Assembly (NCBI RefSeq): GCF_018977255.1
Contig: NW_024704743.1
Location: 68,698,001-68,762,000 of the forward strand
Source of the DNA: Callorhinchus milii
Lineage: Eukaryota
DNA length: 64,000 nucleotides
Direction: 5' to 3'
In this document: positions 41,350 to 53,416 of the stretch, in pieces
Position numbering within the stretch: the first letter of the stretch is position 1
Layout of the letters: the number at the start of each line of letters is the position of its first letter
Notes under the pieces: generated by a model
Databases searched by the model: none
What the model was told of the DNA's origin: nothing
The model's input: only the letters and a program-made list of their open reading frames with translations
Position numbers and translations under genes: made by a program

Positions 41350-42580
41350 TAAACCCTTGACTCTTCTTTCCCCAGTAAATTGAGTTTAAGTTCCTCATTC
41401 TTGCATTCAGATCCCTCCCCAGCCTACTATCTCACCCTAGCCTACCTCTTCTGCCTGGTCAAACAGGCTAAAGGACCTTCTTTATGCGATCTTCTGCCTT
41501 TCTTCAACCACACTGATGCTGTCGCTCCCTTCGCTCAGTGAATACTGGCCTGCTTCATCTCCCCTATCGACCCCACCATCAATGAGCAGGCTTTCAGCCA
41601 CTCTGCCACCACTGTGGAAATCCGACACAAGATCCCTCCCTCTCCTCGTTCAAGCCAATTCTCAAACACAACAATATAGTATGGCCATCACACAGGGAAT
41701 TGTCTCAGAGCATTGTGTCTCAGCATGATCTGAAGATGGGCAAGGAGGGGGCAAAGAAGAGGGATTGAGGCAGAGAGTTCCAGAGTCTCGGGGCATAGTG
41801 GTCGATACAACAGATGGAGTGGAGGGGATGGGGGAATATGCAGGAGGCCGGAGCTGACTGAGAGAAGGGTGTGGGTAGAAGAGTGAGGTGTAAGCAGGTA
41901 AACCCTTTTCACTACTTTTGGTCATCTTTGCCCACGCCCCCACTCAGCTCCCAGCCCCAGCTTGGATATCTGTCCAACATTGTTGAGTGCTCCTTGGGTG
42001 AAAGGCACTATATAAATAAAATACTAATTTACATTGCAAATATAAATTGTATTCTAACATTACAAATTTGGTTTTAAAATGATTCTTCTGTCTGGTGGGG
42101 CAGGCAGGGTGTGACGCAGGCAGGTTTCTGCCGAGCGGAAGGAGCAGGCTGGTTGGTAAGGCTTTTGGCATGTTGCAGAGGTAGGGTGGGGTAAGACTGA
42201 AGGGAATTAAAAGTGAGCTTGATCCTCTGGGTGATGTGGAGCTGGGTAAGGATGGGGGTGATAGGCTCAGCGAGCCTAGTACGGGAGAGGACACAAGCTG
42301 CAGAGTTCCGGAGGGAACAGGTGGGAAGTCCGGTGAGCAGAGAGTTGGCATAGTCTAGCCTGGATTTGATGAGTGCAAGGATAACAGTGTGAGTGGCCCA
42401 ACAGAAGAGATAGTGGTAGAGGCAGACAATGTTGCGGAGGTTGGGGGAAAGCTGAATGGGTCAGGGCACGGATATGTGGTTTGAAGTACAGTTCAGAGTC
42501 GAACAAGACACCGAGATTCCACACCAACTCCATGAGGTAGAGTGTGCATCCGTGTAGATTGATTCTGTCAGCACCTGGAT
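41350..42580. mobile_element. Cluster of L2 fragments in alternating orientation in LANCL2 intron 3
   Basis: Plus pieces ~41350-41620 and ~41900-42020; minus pieces ~41730-41890 and ~42085-42580 (VWNLGVLFDSELYFKPHI). Confidence 0.7.
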
Positions 42581-43252
42581 TGTTGGAGCTGTCGTCCTTT
42601 GGATGAGACATGAACCAGACATATGTCTGTTCATATGCACGTTAAAGAAAATTTAGTCTTTCCTGATATTCTGGCCAACAGTCCATCCAAATAAAATTGG
42701 TCATTTACTTGAAGGATGTTTGTGGGACGTTGCTGCTGTTGCATTTGCTTACAAAAGACATAGTCATTACATTCTACAGTAAATCCTGTGGATTTTGATG
42801 ACATGATAAAGTGCTTGGGACGTCGTCCTGATTGATGTGAAAGGCGCTATACAAATGTCATTTTGTTGTTGTCACATCAAATGCAAAGATTATTATATTA
42901 TCTGAGTTTGAATTATGCCCATCTCTTTATACAAGATATAAAGTATCCTCACTTTTCACATCCTTTGTAAAATGTGTTTGAACAATCTCAATCCAGTTCC
43001 CTGTGGACCCAAACTGAAAGCTATCCATGAATTCAACAAAGATTCATTCTAAATTAATAATCTCACTCAGAAGTCATAAGAATGAATGCTATTGGGAATG
43101 TAACACTTGTCCTTTTCTGAGGTTTGGGTTTAAGAAACCTGGTTAGTTACACAGCAAGAAACATGTGTTATTTGAAATTTAGTATTTAATGCTGGCACTT
43201 CTTATGCTAAAAGTAGAAGCATATTAATTTTCTATCACTAATACCTCTCACA

Positions 43253-43890
43253 ATAATAATTGTATAATACTCTGCATTTGATATAGCTCCTTATCACATC
43301 ATCAAAGCACTTCACAGGATATACGGTAAAGTGGATTGATTTTGTATTTTGCCGGCAAAACGCAGTTTGGGCACAGCAATAATAATCCTTGCATTTGATA
43401 TATCGCATTATCGCGTCTTCAGGACGTCTTCAAGAAGTGCTTCACAGAATATACTGTAAAGTGAATTGCCTATATTTTGTGGGCGAAACGTGGCAGCCAA
43501 TTGCAAAAAGCAGTGCCGCGCAAACAGTCGTGGAAAGAGTGACCAAATATTATTATTTTGAAGAGATTACCCCCAGAAAATTGATCGCCATGTGACTACA
43601 ATGTGCCACAAAACATGGAATGAGTGACCAATTTTAATTGGGGGATTGTTGAGCAGGACACGGGGAGAAATTCCCTTCTTTTTGAACCATGCCATGGGAT
43701 CTTTAATGTCCACCTGAACAGGCAGTTGGGACCTCAGTTTAATGTCTCATCCAAAGGATGGCATCTCCGACCATGCAACATTCCCCCAGCCTTGCATTAG
43801 AGTGACATCTTCGACTATGTGAAGTCCCGATTTTGTTTGAACCCACAATGTTCTGACTCGGAGGCGAGAGCACTACCACTGCGCCAGGCA
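43253..43890 (-). mobile_element. Stacked SINEs (two SINE 3' halves plus a Deu-domain SINE)
   Basis: Tails at 43253 and 43378; Deu domain gccatgggatctttaatgtccacctgaacaggcag...ctcatcc; tRNA-like head near 43860-43890. Confidence 0.8.
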
Positions 43891-44436
43891 CTCACACCTT
43901 TCATGAGAAGAGAAACTTTTACAAACTTGTAAAAGAAAATTGTGGTAAGATCCATTGCCTAGAAATTATACCTCAGTAGTTCCCCAGTGTTCTGCTCAAG
44001 TTCTTACATTCACAGTTGCCATTCCACTTTAATGGCATTTCCTTCCACCTGCCTTCTCCCTATACATATATCTTTCTCTCTCTGATAAACATACCGAGTA
44101 AAATGAGATGTATGGTGCTATCTTGTGAGATTTGACTGTTTTTGAAAGAATAAGTTAGAACATTTGCCTATGACCATTATAGTCCTTTTATTTGCAGCTG
44201 ATTTTAAATCTTATTTTCAAATTAACATTTTTTCAGTCAGATAACATACACATTGTAGTATATCTAGGACCTTGAAGATCAAAATTGTAATATTGTAGAA
44301 ATTGAGAACCCAATTAATATTTAAAATGGACATGGCAGTATAATATTTGTCAAGTTTTTTTAATATTTTGTTGTACGTCGGATATGTCATTTTCTCTTAA
44401 CAACCATTTGCAATAACATTTTCTTGTTTTTGCTAG

Positions 44437-44584
44437 ACTTCTACATTTGCACAGAAGTGTTGTTAGCTTGGATTCAGAAATTCCAGATGAGCTGTTGTAT
44501 GGCCGAGCTGGGTATTTATATGCTTTGTTGTATGTGAATGCAGAGATTGGGCCAGACATTGTTCCTCAGACTAATATTAAGGAG
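44437..44584 (+). CDS. LANCL2: LANCL2 coding exon 4
   Basis: tttgctAG acceptor; LLHLHRSVVSLDSEIPDELLYGRAGYLYALLYVNAEIGPDIVPQTNIKE; donor GAG|GTAAGG; 148 bp. Confidence 0.96.
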
Positions 44585-45767
44585 GTAAGGAAAGTATCTC
44601 TTTTTTTCTGTAGAATTGATCTGATATTTTATTACCTGCAGGATTGTTTTCTGTGAAAATCTACCATGTTTATATATTTATATCTATAAATATGTTCATA
44701 TGAAATTAGCTTATAGTGTGCTTTATTTATTAATCTCTACCTTTGTTGTTTAAATTGAGATGATATTCCAAATCTATACATTAAATCCATTTTGGTGATG
44801 TGTGAGTGTAATAGAAAATGCATTGGCAATGCCCCGTCAAAGCAGTGTTTGATTTATAATGGAAATCCCATTATTTGTACAAATTGTCAGTTTACTAAAC
44901 ATGCTCCATGTTGATACCAATGGTACAAGATATTCAATCTGTCCTAATTCTTTAATTGTGTATCACCTACCTGTTTTCTTAGTTTTTCTTGCAATGAATG
45001 TTATGAATTACCACATGATAAAATGCCCCTCGTACGCTTTTTATGGACAACTTTGTTCAAGGGGCAACCCCTTTATAGCGCAGTTGTCTGTGTCCAATAT
45101 CAAAGATACTGCATTTTAATCCTTGTATTTTATATAGTGCCTCATCACATTTTGAGATGTCTCAAAGCACTTCACAGGATATACTGTAAAGTGGTATATT
45201 GTGTGTATTTTATGGGCAGCCAATTTGCATACAGCAAAGACCCACAAACAACCATGGTATGAGTGACCGATTTTATTTCATTAAAAGGGACATAAAAAAA
45301 ATAGTAAATTTTATGTCACTTTTTGTGGGTTGTGCAGAAGATGTGACTGAAGTCATTTATTGCACTTATAATGTGCAAGAAATGTTGCTGATGTCACTTC
45401 AAAGTGACATTAGTGATACTTCATGCTCAGTGTGTATGCTGGGAAGTGATGTTGGCAACAACCTGACAATTCGAAAGTCAGACATTTTTTAGCATAGAAA
45501 GCCTAAGTTAGAAGTTGTTTTGCACTTTGGTAACCATAGATCCACAGGGAATCTCATTCTAATTTAACTTCAAATATTTTTATACAATGATTACAAAACT
45601 TGTAGATTTTAGAGAAGTAAGACTGTATTTTATCAAGTACAATTAGACTACTATTGTACAAGATTACTATTAAACTTTGAAAGTTATTTTTGTACAATGC
45701 TTCAGGTTTCTGAGTCTAACGTTTTCTCCCTCTTCTCCCCACAACCCTCCTGTTTTTTTATGTACAG

Positions 45768-45914
45768 GTGGTTAATGCCATCATTGAATCTGGTAAAAAC
45801 CTTTCCAAAGAAGAGCGCAAAGTTGACCGCTGCCCACTTATGTATCAGTGGCACAGAAAATTGTATGTTGGAGCAGCCCATGGTCTAGCAGGGATCTACT
45901 ACATGTTAATGCAG
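45768..45914 (+). CDS. LANCL2: LANCL2 coding exon 5
   Basis: tgtacAG acceptor; VVNAIIESGKNLSKEERKVDRCPLMYQWHRKLYVGAAHGLAGIYYMLMQ; donor CAG|GTTGG; 147 bp. Confidence 0.96.
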
Positions 45915-46089
45915 GTTGGATTCCCCATCCCCTTTGGCTTCCACCTTCAGCTCAGGTGCAGTGTAAAGCACTTTGAGACATCCTTCTGACGTAAAAGTGC
46001 TCAATAAGATTAATTCAGTTTATTAGAAATCTTTGTTTCTCTCTTTACATCTGTAGTTCCATAATGTTTAAGTAATATTCAGTTGTATC

Positions 46090-46302
46090 CAACATTGTTT
46101 GTGAGATGCCTGAAAGGGTGGTGGAGGCCGATTCGATAACAGCTTTTAAGAGAGAAGTAGATAATTATTTGGGGAGGACAAGTTTGCAATGGGGAGAGAG
46201 TGGGGAGTGGGATTGAATTGGATAGCTCTTTTCAAAGAGCCGCCACAGACAAAATGGAATGGCCTTCTTCTGTGCTGTATAATTCTATGATTCTATGATT
46301 CT
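46090..46302 (+). mobile_element. CR1 LINE 3' end
   Basis: gcctgaaagggtggtggaggc...ttttaagagagaagtagat...ggccttcttctgtgctgtataattctatgattctatgattc (CR1 ATTCTATG tail). Confidence 0.8.
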
Positions 46303-46968
46303 TTCCCCTTACAGTAAAACAAAAGTGAAATGTTCATTGAAAACTGAGGTCACCGATATCAGATTTCATGTTAAAACAGCTGACTGCTAGATTAATAGGT
46401 TGCACTAACATCGCTTCCTGCTTTGCACATTTGCAGTAAGTGGCATTGGCAGTGACTTGACAATCCAGAAGTCAGCCATTTTCCCTGCTAGCATGGGAGC
46501 CAGCTGGCTGAGATATAAGCAACTGCTCTGTCTTGCTTTATCGGGCCTCTTTGGGGATTTTTATGGATCCCAAACCTGAAGTTCCATTGAAGATATCAAA
46601 AAGGAATTGGTCAAATATTTGAAAGGCCAAAAAATATATAAAAACAGTATGCGGAATTGGTTAGATGATGGGACTACATTTATTATTTTAGAGAGCATTA
46701 GATTAGGCAGAATGACCTCCTATGCTGCAACAATTCTATTTTTGCCTCCAATTTGTGAGATTTTTCAGCAAATACCTGCTGCATTATGCCGCCCCCCCCC
46801 CACCAATCCCTGTCTCAAGACGTACCTCTTTGACTGCGCTTTCAGTCATCTATTCCCTCTCCATCCCCTTTGGCTTCCACCCCAGCTCAGGTGCAGTGTA
46901 AAGCACTTTGAGATGTCCTCCTGACTCAAAAGGGCTAAATAAATGTTTTGTCTTTTTGTTTTTCATAG

Positions 46969-47151
46969 CCAAGTGCTAAGGTGGAACCAGAGATTCTGAT
47001 AGAACTGGTAAAACCCAGTGTGGACTATGTGCGACACAAAAAATTCAGATCTGGAAATTACCCCTCGTCACTGAGTAATGAAACTGACAGACTGGTCCAT
47101 TGGTGCCATGGTGCACCTGGTGTTATACATATGTTGATACAGTCACATAAG
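46969..47151 (+). CDS. LANCL2: LANCL2 coding exon 6
   Basis: tttcatAG acceptor; PSAKVEPEILIELVKPSVDYVRHKKFRSGNYPSSLSNETDRLVHWCHGAPGVIHMLIQSHK, containing the WCHG Zn-ligand motif; donor AAG|GTTAG; 183 bp. Confidence 0.96.
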
Positions 47152-47853
47152 GTTAGTATTTGGGAATGATCTGAAGGCTTAAATGAACTGTTAAATGTTT
47201 TTACCTTCCTGCCTTAAAAAGTATTTAGTATGGTCACTGTCATTGAGGCTTCCATGTAAATCTGAATGTTGATGTTTCATAGGTAGTCGATTGAATAAAA
47301 TCTCATGAAAGGTTCAAGGTTTTTGACTTTTTTAATCTCTTATTTTAATTGTACTATTGATTTCTGTTTGCCATCAGGAAGGACAAATAAAAAGTGTCCT
47401 CCCAACAACCTTGTGTAAAATTGGTATCTCTGCTTCTGAGATCAAACCAATCATGTAAAGATGCTCACCCAACCAAAATGTAACTCTTACCATGTCAACA
47501 GAACTTGAATTTGTTTTTAAAATGTCTATGTTGCCAATTGGATTCTAATCCTTTTGAAAACAGCCCATGTGTTAAATGGCAGGTATTATTAATTCCACTC
47601 ATTTGGTAAAGACCCACCTCCTGCCTTTGTCTGATCATTAAATGACCAGCACTAATTCTACATAAAATGCTGCATGCTTTTATTTAACCATTAATATGGT
47701 GCATATATATAGTATTTATCTTTTGATAGAATTGGATTTTTATAATTGTTTAATATCATTAATGTAAATGTAATCTAGATATAATATGGTGCGTTAAAAT
47801 ATTTTAAGCACAAATTTCACATATGCATTTACTCTTGTGTTTTTTGTAAACAG

Positions 47854-48030
47854 ACCTTTAAGGAGGAAAAGTACCTGAAGGATGCAATAGAGTGCAGTGA
47901 CGTAATCTGGCAACGAGGCTTGCTATGTAAGGGTTATGGAATCTGTCATGGGACTGCAGGGAATGGCTACTCTTTCCTTTCGCTTTATAACTTAACTCAG
48001 GACAAAAAGTACCTCCACAGAGCCTGCAAG
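47854..48030 (+). CDS. LANCL2: LANCL2 coding exon 7
   Basis: gtaaacAG acceptor; TFKEEKYLKDAIECSDVIWQRGLLCKGYGICHGTAGNGYSFLSLYNLTQDKKYLHRACK, containing the CHG Zn ligands; donor AAG|GTGAG; 177 bp. Not in the ORF track; translated by hand. Confidence 0.96.
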
Positions 48031-48309
48031 GTGAGGTGAAATATTATTAGCAATACTTAATCTAATTTATTTTTATGAGTTCAAAACATAGTTTTGTTAT
48101 TTTGTATAACAAGATGTCGTCAAAGTTCATTACTCAGAGTTCTATTTTGTAACATAATATACAGTATTCAGTTTTCTTAGCTTGTTTAAAATCAGAACTA
48201 ATAGTTGAATACATAGTTAAAATCCTTAACTACTTAGTTGACTGAGAATGTAAAAACACTTTTAAAAAGTGAATTTCTGTTATATTCAGCATTTCCTGCC
48301 TCGATTATT

Positions 48310-48823
48310 TTAGTGCCCTCCATGCTGGTCTCTCAAGCTCCACTATTTGTAAAATCCAATTAATTAAAAACTTTGCCACCTTTATCCTCACCTGCACCAA
48401 ACTCCTTATCCCCATCACTCCAGTTCTTGCGGGCTCCACTGGCTCCTTATTATAAAACTGATCGAATTCAAGATCCTTACGCACGTGTACAAATAACTCT
48501 CCGAACTGCTTACACCCCACTCCACAACCTGCCACCTTCGCTCAGCTGGCTCCAGCCTCCTGCACATCGCTTGTCCCCTCCACTCCACCATCGGTGCTGC
48601 GTTTTCATCCACTACACCCTGAAACTATGGCACTCTTTGTGTCAATTCCTCTGCCTTGCCTCTTTCTTCCCCGACTTCACATCACACTTGAGGATCTTCC
48701 TCTTCAACCGTGTTTGCGGTCACCAGCCCCTCTCCCCAGCTCAGCATCAAGCTCCACCATTTCAGCGCTCCAAGACGCGCTACTCTATGTAAAAGGTGCA
48801 ATATAAATGGCAGTTATTGTTGT
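48310..48823 (+). mobile_element. L2-type LINE 3' fragment in LANCL2 intron 7
   Basis: atcactccagttcttgcgggctccactggctcc...aattcaagatcctt...tail ggtgcaatataaatggcagttattgttg. Confidence 0.75.
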
Positions 48824-48899
48824 ATTACGGCAATTCATATTCAGAATTAATATTAAATATAGTAGAAGAAGATTAATTTTGTTTAAACTTATTTAACAG

Positions 48900-48972
48900 T
48901 TTGCGGAATGGTGTTTGTCCTATGGAACACATGGATGTCGGATCCCTGATAGACCGTACTCTTTATTTGAAG
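48900..48972 (+). CDS. LANCL2: LANCL2 coding exon 8
   Basis: tttaacAG acceptor; FAEWCLSYGTHGCRIPDRPYSLFE; donor G|GTAAT; 73 bp. Confidence 0.95.
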
Positions 48973-49763
48973 GTAATGCATTGAACTGTGTGACTTTTTT
49001 AATAAAGGTTATTCAATTGCAATGATAAGGTTGGGAGTGTTTTGGATGATGATAAGAACAAAGCTCGAGCAGTACAGTATCACCTGATCCCTGAAATGTA
49101 TAAATGTCTTGTTATATTTTCAATCTACGTTTACTTTAAATTGTGGGTAAAGTATTCACTGGCTTACATGTAGTTTTCCAAGGAGGTCAAGCTTTCACTA
49201 ATGAACAATGTGAGGCGAATTGAAGTGCTCGTGTATTACATGGATTCAAACTGTAAAGACAATGGATTTAAATCGCAGATTGTTACAAGGACTGGGATTG
49301 GTTTGGGATTTAAATTTTTTTTTATTCTGGTACCATTTCTTCATCTCTAACTAAATATAACCATGACTTAAAGCATTTGATACAAGTAGATATCAGTAAT
49401 ACAGAACAGCCCTGTCAAAATGACTTCATTGTAGCATGGATGTGGTTATAAAGTGATAGCGCTGTGTTCACTGTGTATATGTGCAGCAGCCACCTTTTTG
49501 TACTAAAATGGCTGCCTTCAAGGTCATTAGTTGCCGTTGATATCACTTCTTGCTTTGCTGAAGCTCAAAGCAGGAAGTAATGTCAGCGGTGACCAAGTGA
49601 CTGGTAGTGAGTAATTTTAGCTTCTTATTAAAAAATAATAATAATAGTTTGGTCACCCAATCCATGACTGTTTGTGGGACACTGCTGAGTGCAATTAGCT
49701 GTCGCGTTTCGACCACAAAATATACAGTCACTCCACTTTGCAGTTTATTCTGTGAAGCACTTT

Positions 49764-50086
49764 AATAATAATAATAATAATAATAATCCTTGCATTTGAT
49801 ATAGCGCTTTTCACGTCGGGAGGACGTCCCAAAGCGCTTCACAGGACACACTGTAAAGTGAATTGACTGTATATTTGTGGGCGAACGCGGCAGCCAATTG
49901 CGCACAGCAATGTCCCGCAAACAGTCGTAGATTGAAAATGACCAATTTATTATTGTTTTTGGTTTTTGGAGGGATTATTATTAGGCGTGTGGAGTAAGGA
50001 AACTTGCCCAAGGTTTCGCCCTGACCTGCCTGGAAATGAACTCAGGTGTCTCGCTTGCAAAGCGAGTGCTCTAACCACTGAGCTAC
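49764..50086 (-). mobile_element. Young full-length tRNA-Ala SINE nested in an older opposite-strand SINE (49631-49763 and 50087-50140)
   Basis: Perfect anticodon stem CTCGC-TTTGCAA-GCGAG; the host sequence gtgaagcacttt|tttgggacatctcg is split by the insertion. Confidence 0.92.
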
Positions 50087-51511
50087 TTTGGGACATCTCG
50101 AAGACATGATAAACCTCTATATCAAATTCAAAGATTATTTATATATATATATATTATATTATGCTAAACAGACTGCCAACTTAAGAGTCGTTGGTTCACT
50201 GCCAATGTTGCATTTTGCTCTGCTTGCACAGTAATTGGGAAGCTTTGTTATCAGTGACCCGATGATCCGGAAGTTGGACTTTTTTTGTTTTAGTTGAGGT
50301 CCACTAGGCTGTGTTCAGGTGAAATCAGCTATCACTCAATAATCCGTATTGAGAATTTATGGATCCGAACAGCCTCGTTCTAACAAGGATTCTATTTGTA
50401 TTCTGATGTACGAGTAAACATCACTAAATCATATGCCATGATGTTTACAATATGTTGTGGACACTGAATCTCAACGAATTAAAACAACTTATATTTATTG
50501 GTAACATAAATGGTGCTGCATGAAATGTATTTGAATGTCTATCTCAGACATTATAATATACCGTTAATTCTAGAAGACGATTAAAGAATTTGGAGGATTA
50601 GAAGGAGATTGGACTGAATGACTTGTGTTGAGTTAAAAAACACCAGCACAGATTTGATGTGCCAAATTGCTTGTTTTTTTATGCTGTAACATTTTGATTG
50701 TAGCCTCTGATATACCTCAACTGATATATCATGACTGCAACCATGTTTTTTTAATAAAATAATGGATATAATAAGCACATCAATAAAATAATAGGTACAC
50801 AATAGATAACAGATTATAGATCTCCAGTTATAGATAACAGATTGCTCTTCATAGTCATGCAAATCAGCCTCACAATCAAACATCAAGTAGTTCAACATTA
50901 CATAGAAATGAAAACCAACTTTGAAAAACTTTGAAATGAAAATCCCCTTTTCTAGCCCACTTGTTCTTTTTTTAAAATAATGAACGTAGAGTAGCTCTAT
51001 CAATATAAATGGAAGAACATGTCTCCCTTGAACTTCCTAGTGGAGTTGGTGACTGGGAGAGCTCCCCTCGACTTGTAGATTATGGCACCAGTTTCAATGA
51101 AACCTGTAATTGTTAGTGAGTAAAATGCTTGTGTATTTGGTAGAGGGTAAAATTCTCGACCAGAGTACAGGTTAGTAAGTTATACAATATAAACAAACAA
51201 AATAAATGTAAGTGAATATACAATGTGTCCATGGGGGAAGAAAAATCATGATTCAAAGGGAGGAAAAAGTCAGTCTGAAGTGAAGGAACTTCTAAGACTT
51301 CTGCCTTAGAAGTTCCTTTCATGAGTGTAAACAGCAAGATCCTATCAGACCTGACAAGTGTTGGAATGAGTCCAGTTGTGATAACACTGCATATGGGTAT
51401 GTGAAGTGGGAGGTAAAGGATGGGATGTATATGCTGAGCCTCACAAATTGCAAAAATTATGCATGTGATCAACGAATACATTTGCAATCATGTTCTGCTT
51501 TCTTTTCATAG

Positions 51512-51588
51512 GCATGGCTGGAGCTGTTCACTTTTTATCTGATGTGCTGAATCCAGAAACAGCCCGCTTACCAGCATTTGAACTCTGA
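51512..51588 (+). CDS. LANCL2: LANCL2 coding exon 9 (terminal)
   Basis: ttttcatAG acceptor; (G)MAGAVHFLSDVLNPETARLPAFEL*; TGA at 51586-51588. The spliced CDS totals 1287 nt = 428 aa + stop. Confidence 0.95.
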
Positions 51589-53405
51589 CGTACAACAAAT
51601 TAGAGCCGATGAAGAATCCAATATTTTGTCTGATTTTCAGAATGAACTTCTTTTCTGAGAGGAATAGGTTCTCTTGGTGTCCCTTGTAAGAAATACAGAT
51701 GCCAAAACTACCACGTTCTCAAGAACTACGGGACATTGAAAATAGTGTGTTGAGAAAAATCTTTTTTGTCTTTAAATTCAGAATGGTATTCGAGTAAGAA
51801 GCCATTATAAATTTAATGCAAGTATTCAGGTTTTTGATTGTATGCATGCTTAATACGTTGGTGTTAGTGACTTGTCTTTGTTCTTGTTTGTGAAAAAGTC
51901 ATACTATTTGTAAAGTCTTCATGATAGTGTTCTTTTGTGCATGTACAGAAGTGCATAGAACCAGTCATTGATCCTCTGGCATAAATTTGCTGAGTTATCT
52001 ATAGGATAAGCCTTACTTGGTTTAATGCTAGATATATTGAAGACTGACAAAATCATTTGGCTCATTAATATGTTAAAAATAATTTATTGTTCATTGTTTT
52101 GGTCACACGTTGTTAAGTAAAGCAAGCTTTTGAGTTTCAAAATGTAATGCTAAAATCTCCCACTCTTCCTTCCATTCCTGTTTACTGTTATACTGCTGCA
52201 CTGAAAGTAGACTGGCCGTCATCAAGTTAATGTTTCATTTAGGTTTTGCAGTTTGCCTAAATACTGATGAACGTGAGCATAATTCTTAGAGGATGCTGTA
52301 GGGAAAAATGTTTTAACACTAGCCAATAATTACAGAGACAAGGTTTCATAAGAGCAAAATTCCTTCTAGTGTTAACAACAACAAAAAATTAACATGTTTT
52401 GCCTTAGAACTGTTCACCTTTACAACAGATCAGATTGTCTACTGAGCTTGATGTTCACCTGTACCAGTTGCTTTGCTATAGCAGGAAATCTATAAACCAT
52501 ACAGGTAAATATGGCTAGATGAAAGAAAACGAATGAGACCTACAGAAATTTGGCAAAGTTAAAATTTATTGAGTCAACCAATGTTTTGATAAACCATTGT
52601 TATCTTGGCATTTTTGCCTGTTGTATTATTAAGCAGCCTAACTTTCCTTTGTCCCCAACAAGAAGTGCCAAATGCAAAATTAAAAGTATATGTACTTAAA
52701 AGTTTTAAGTCTTTTTGTAAAAAGTGCATTGTGTGATATTTGGATTTGTAACACAAACCTAGTTGTCATTGTGTTATAGGTATTGTAGGCTGTGCCATGG
52801 TCGTTTATTTTACTGTAACCCAAAACTTTCCATGGCTAATTTTTCTTGAGTTGAAATATATGGTTTGTATGATTTATTGTTCTCAGTCATCTGTTTCTTC
52901 TTCAGATACAGTATTGTACTTTAATGTTTAAAAGCAGGCCTTTGGGGAGTATGAACAGCTTGTCAGAAAATATTGACATTTGTATTTGTTTTGATTTCCT
53001 TTTCTGTTTGTATACTTGTCTTAGTTAAGTTATTCCATTATTAAGAACCAAAGATGGTGTGCAAACCATAGATACAAATTTCAGCACAGTGTAATTGTCT
53101 AATGTCTACTCTAATTGTAACTATCTAATTTTTGAGACAATGCATATGTTTTTAAAGCTGCAGCATTCCACTGATGTTCATGGGCTTTTAAAATCATCCC
53201 ATACATGACTGTCAGTGAAAATGATGCCACACTGTTTTATATGCACTGTTCTATGCTGTCTAGACTGATGTGTCTTTCTAACTGTCCAAACTGTAATTTG
53301 CTTTCATTAGAGCCCACTTCTTAAAGTTTCCCAGTGGGTATAAATCTACATCTGATGTTACTGAGTGACAGGTGATCTCACAAATTTGCTTTAGTATGAT
53401 GAAGC

Positions 53406-53416
53406 AATAAAATAAA
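53406..53416 (+). terminator. LANCL2 polyadenylation signal (overlapping AATAAA x2)
   Basis: AATAAAATAAA ~1.8 kb after the stop codon, followed by GT/T-rich sequence. Confidence 0.7.

Noticed and set aside
46969..48030. Bacterial lanthipeptide (LanC) cluster or horizontal transfer
   Set aside because: The gene has spliceosomal introns and near-identity to vertebrate LANCL2; no lanA/lanB genes are present.
50030..50090. tRNA-Ala gene (also ~22120-22185 and ~22285-22345)
   Set aside because: A/B boxes and the anticodon arm are present, but each runs straight into the SINE body with no proper acceptor stem or terminator; these are SINE heads.
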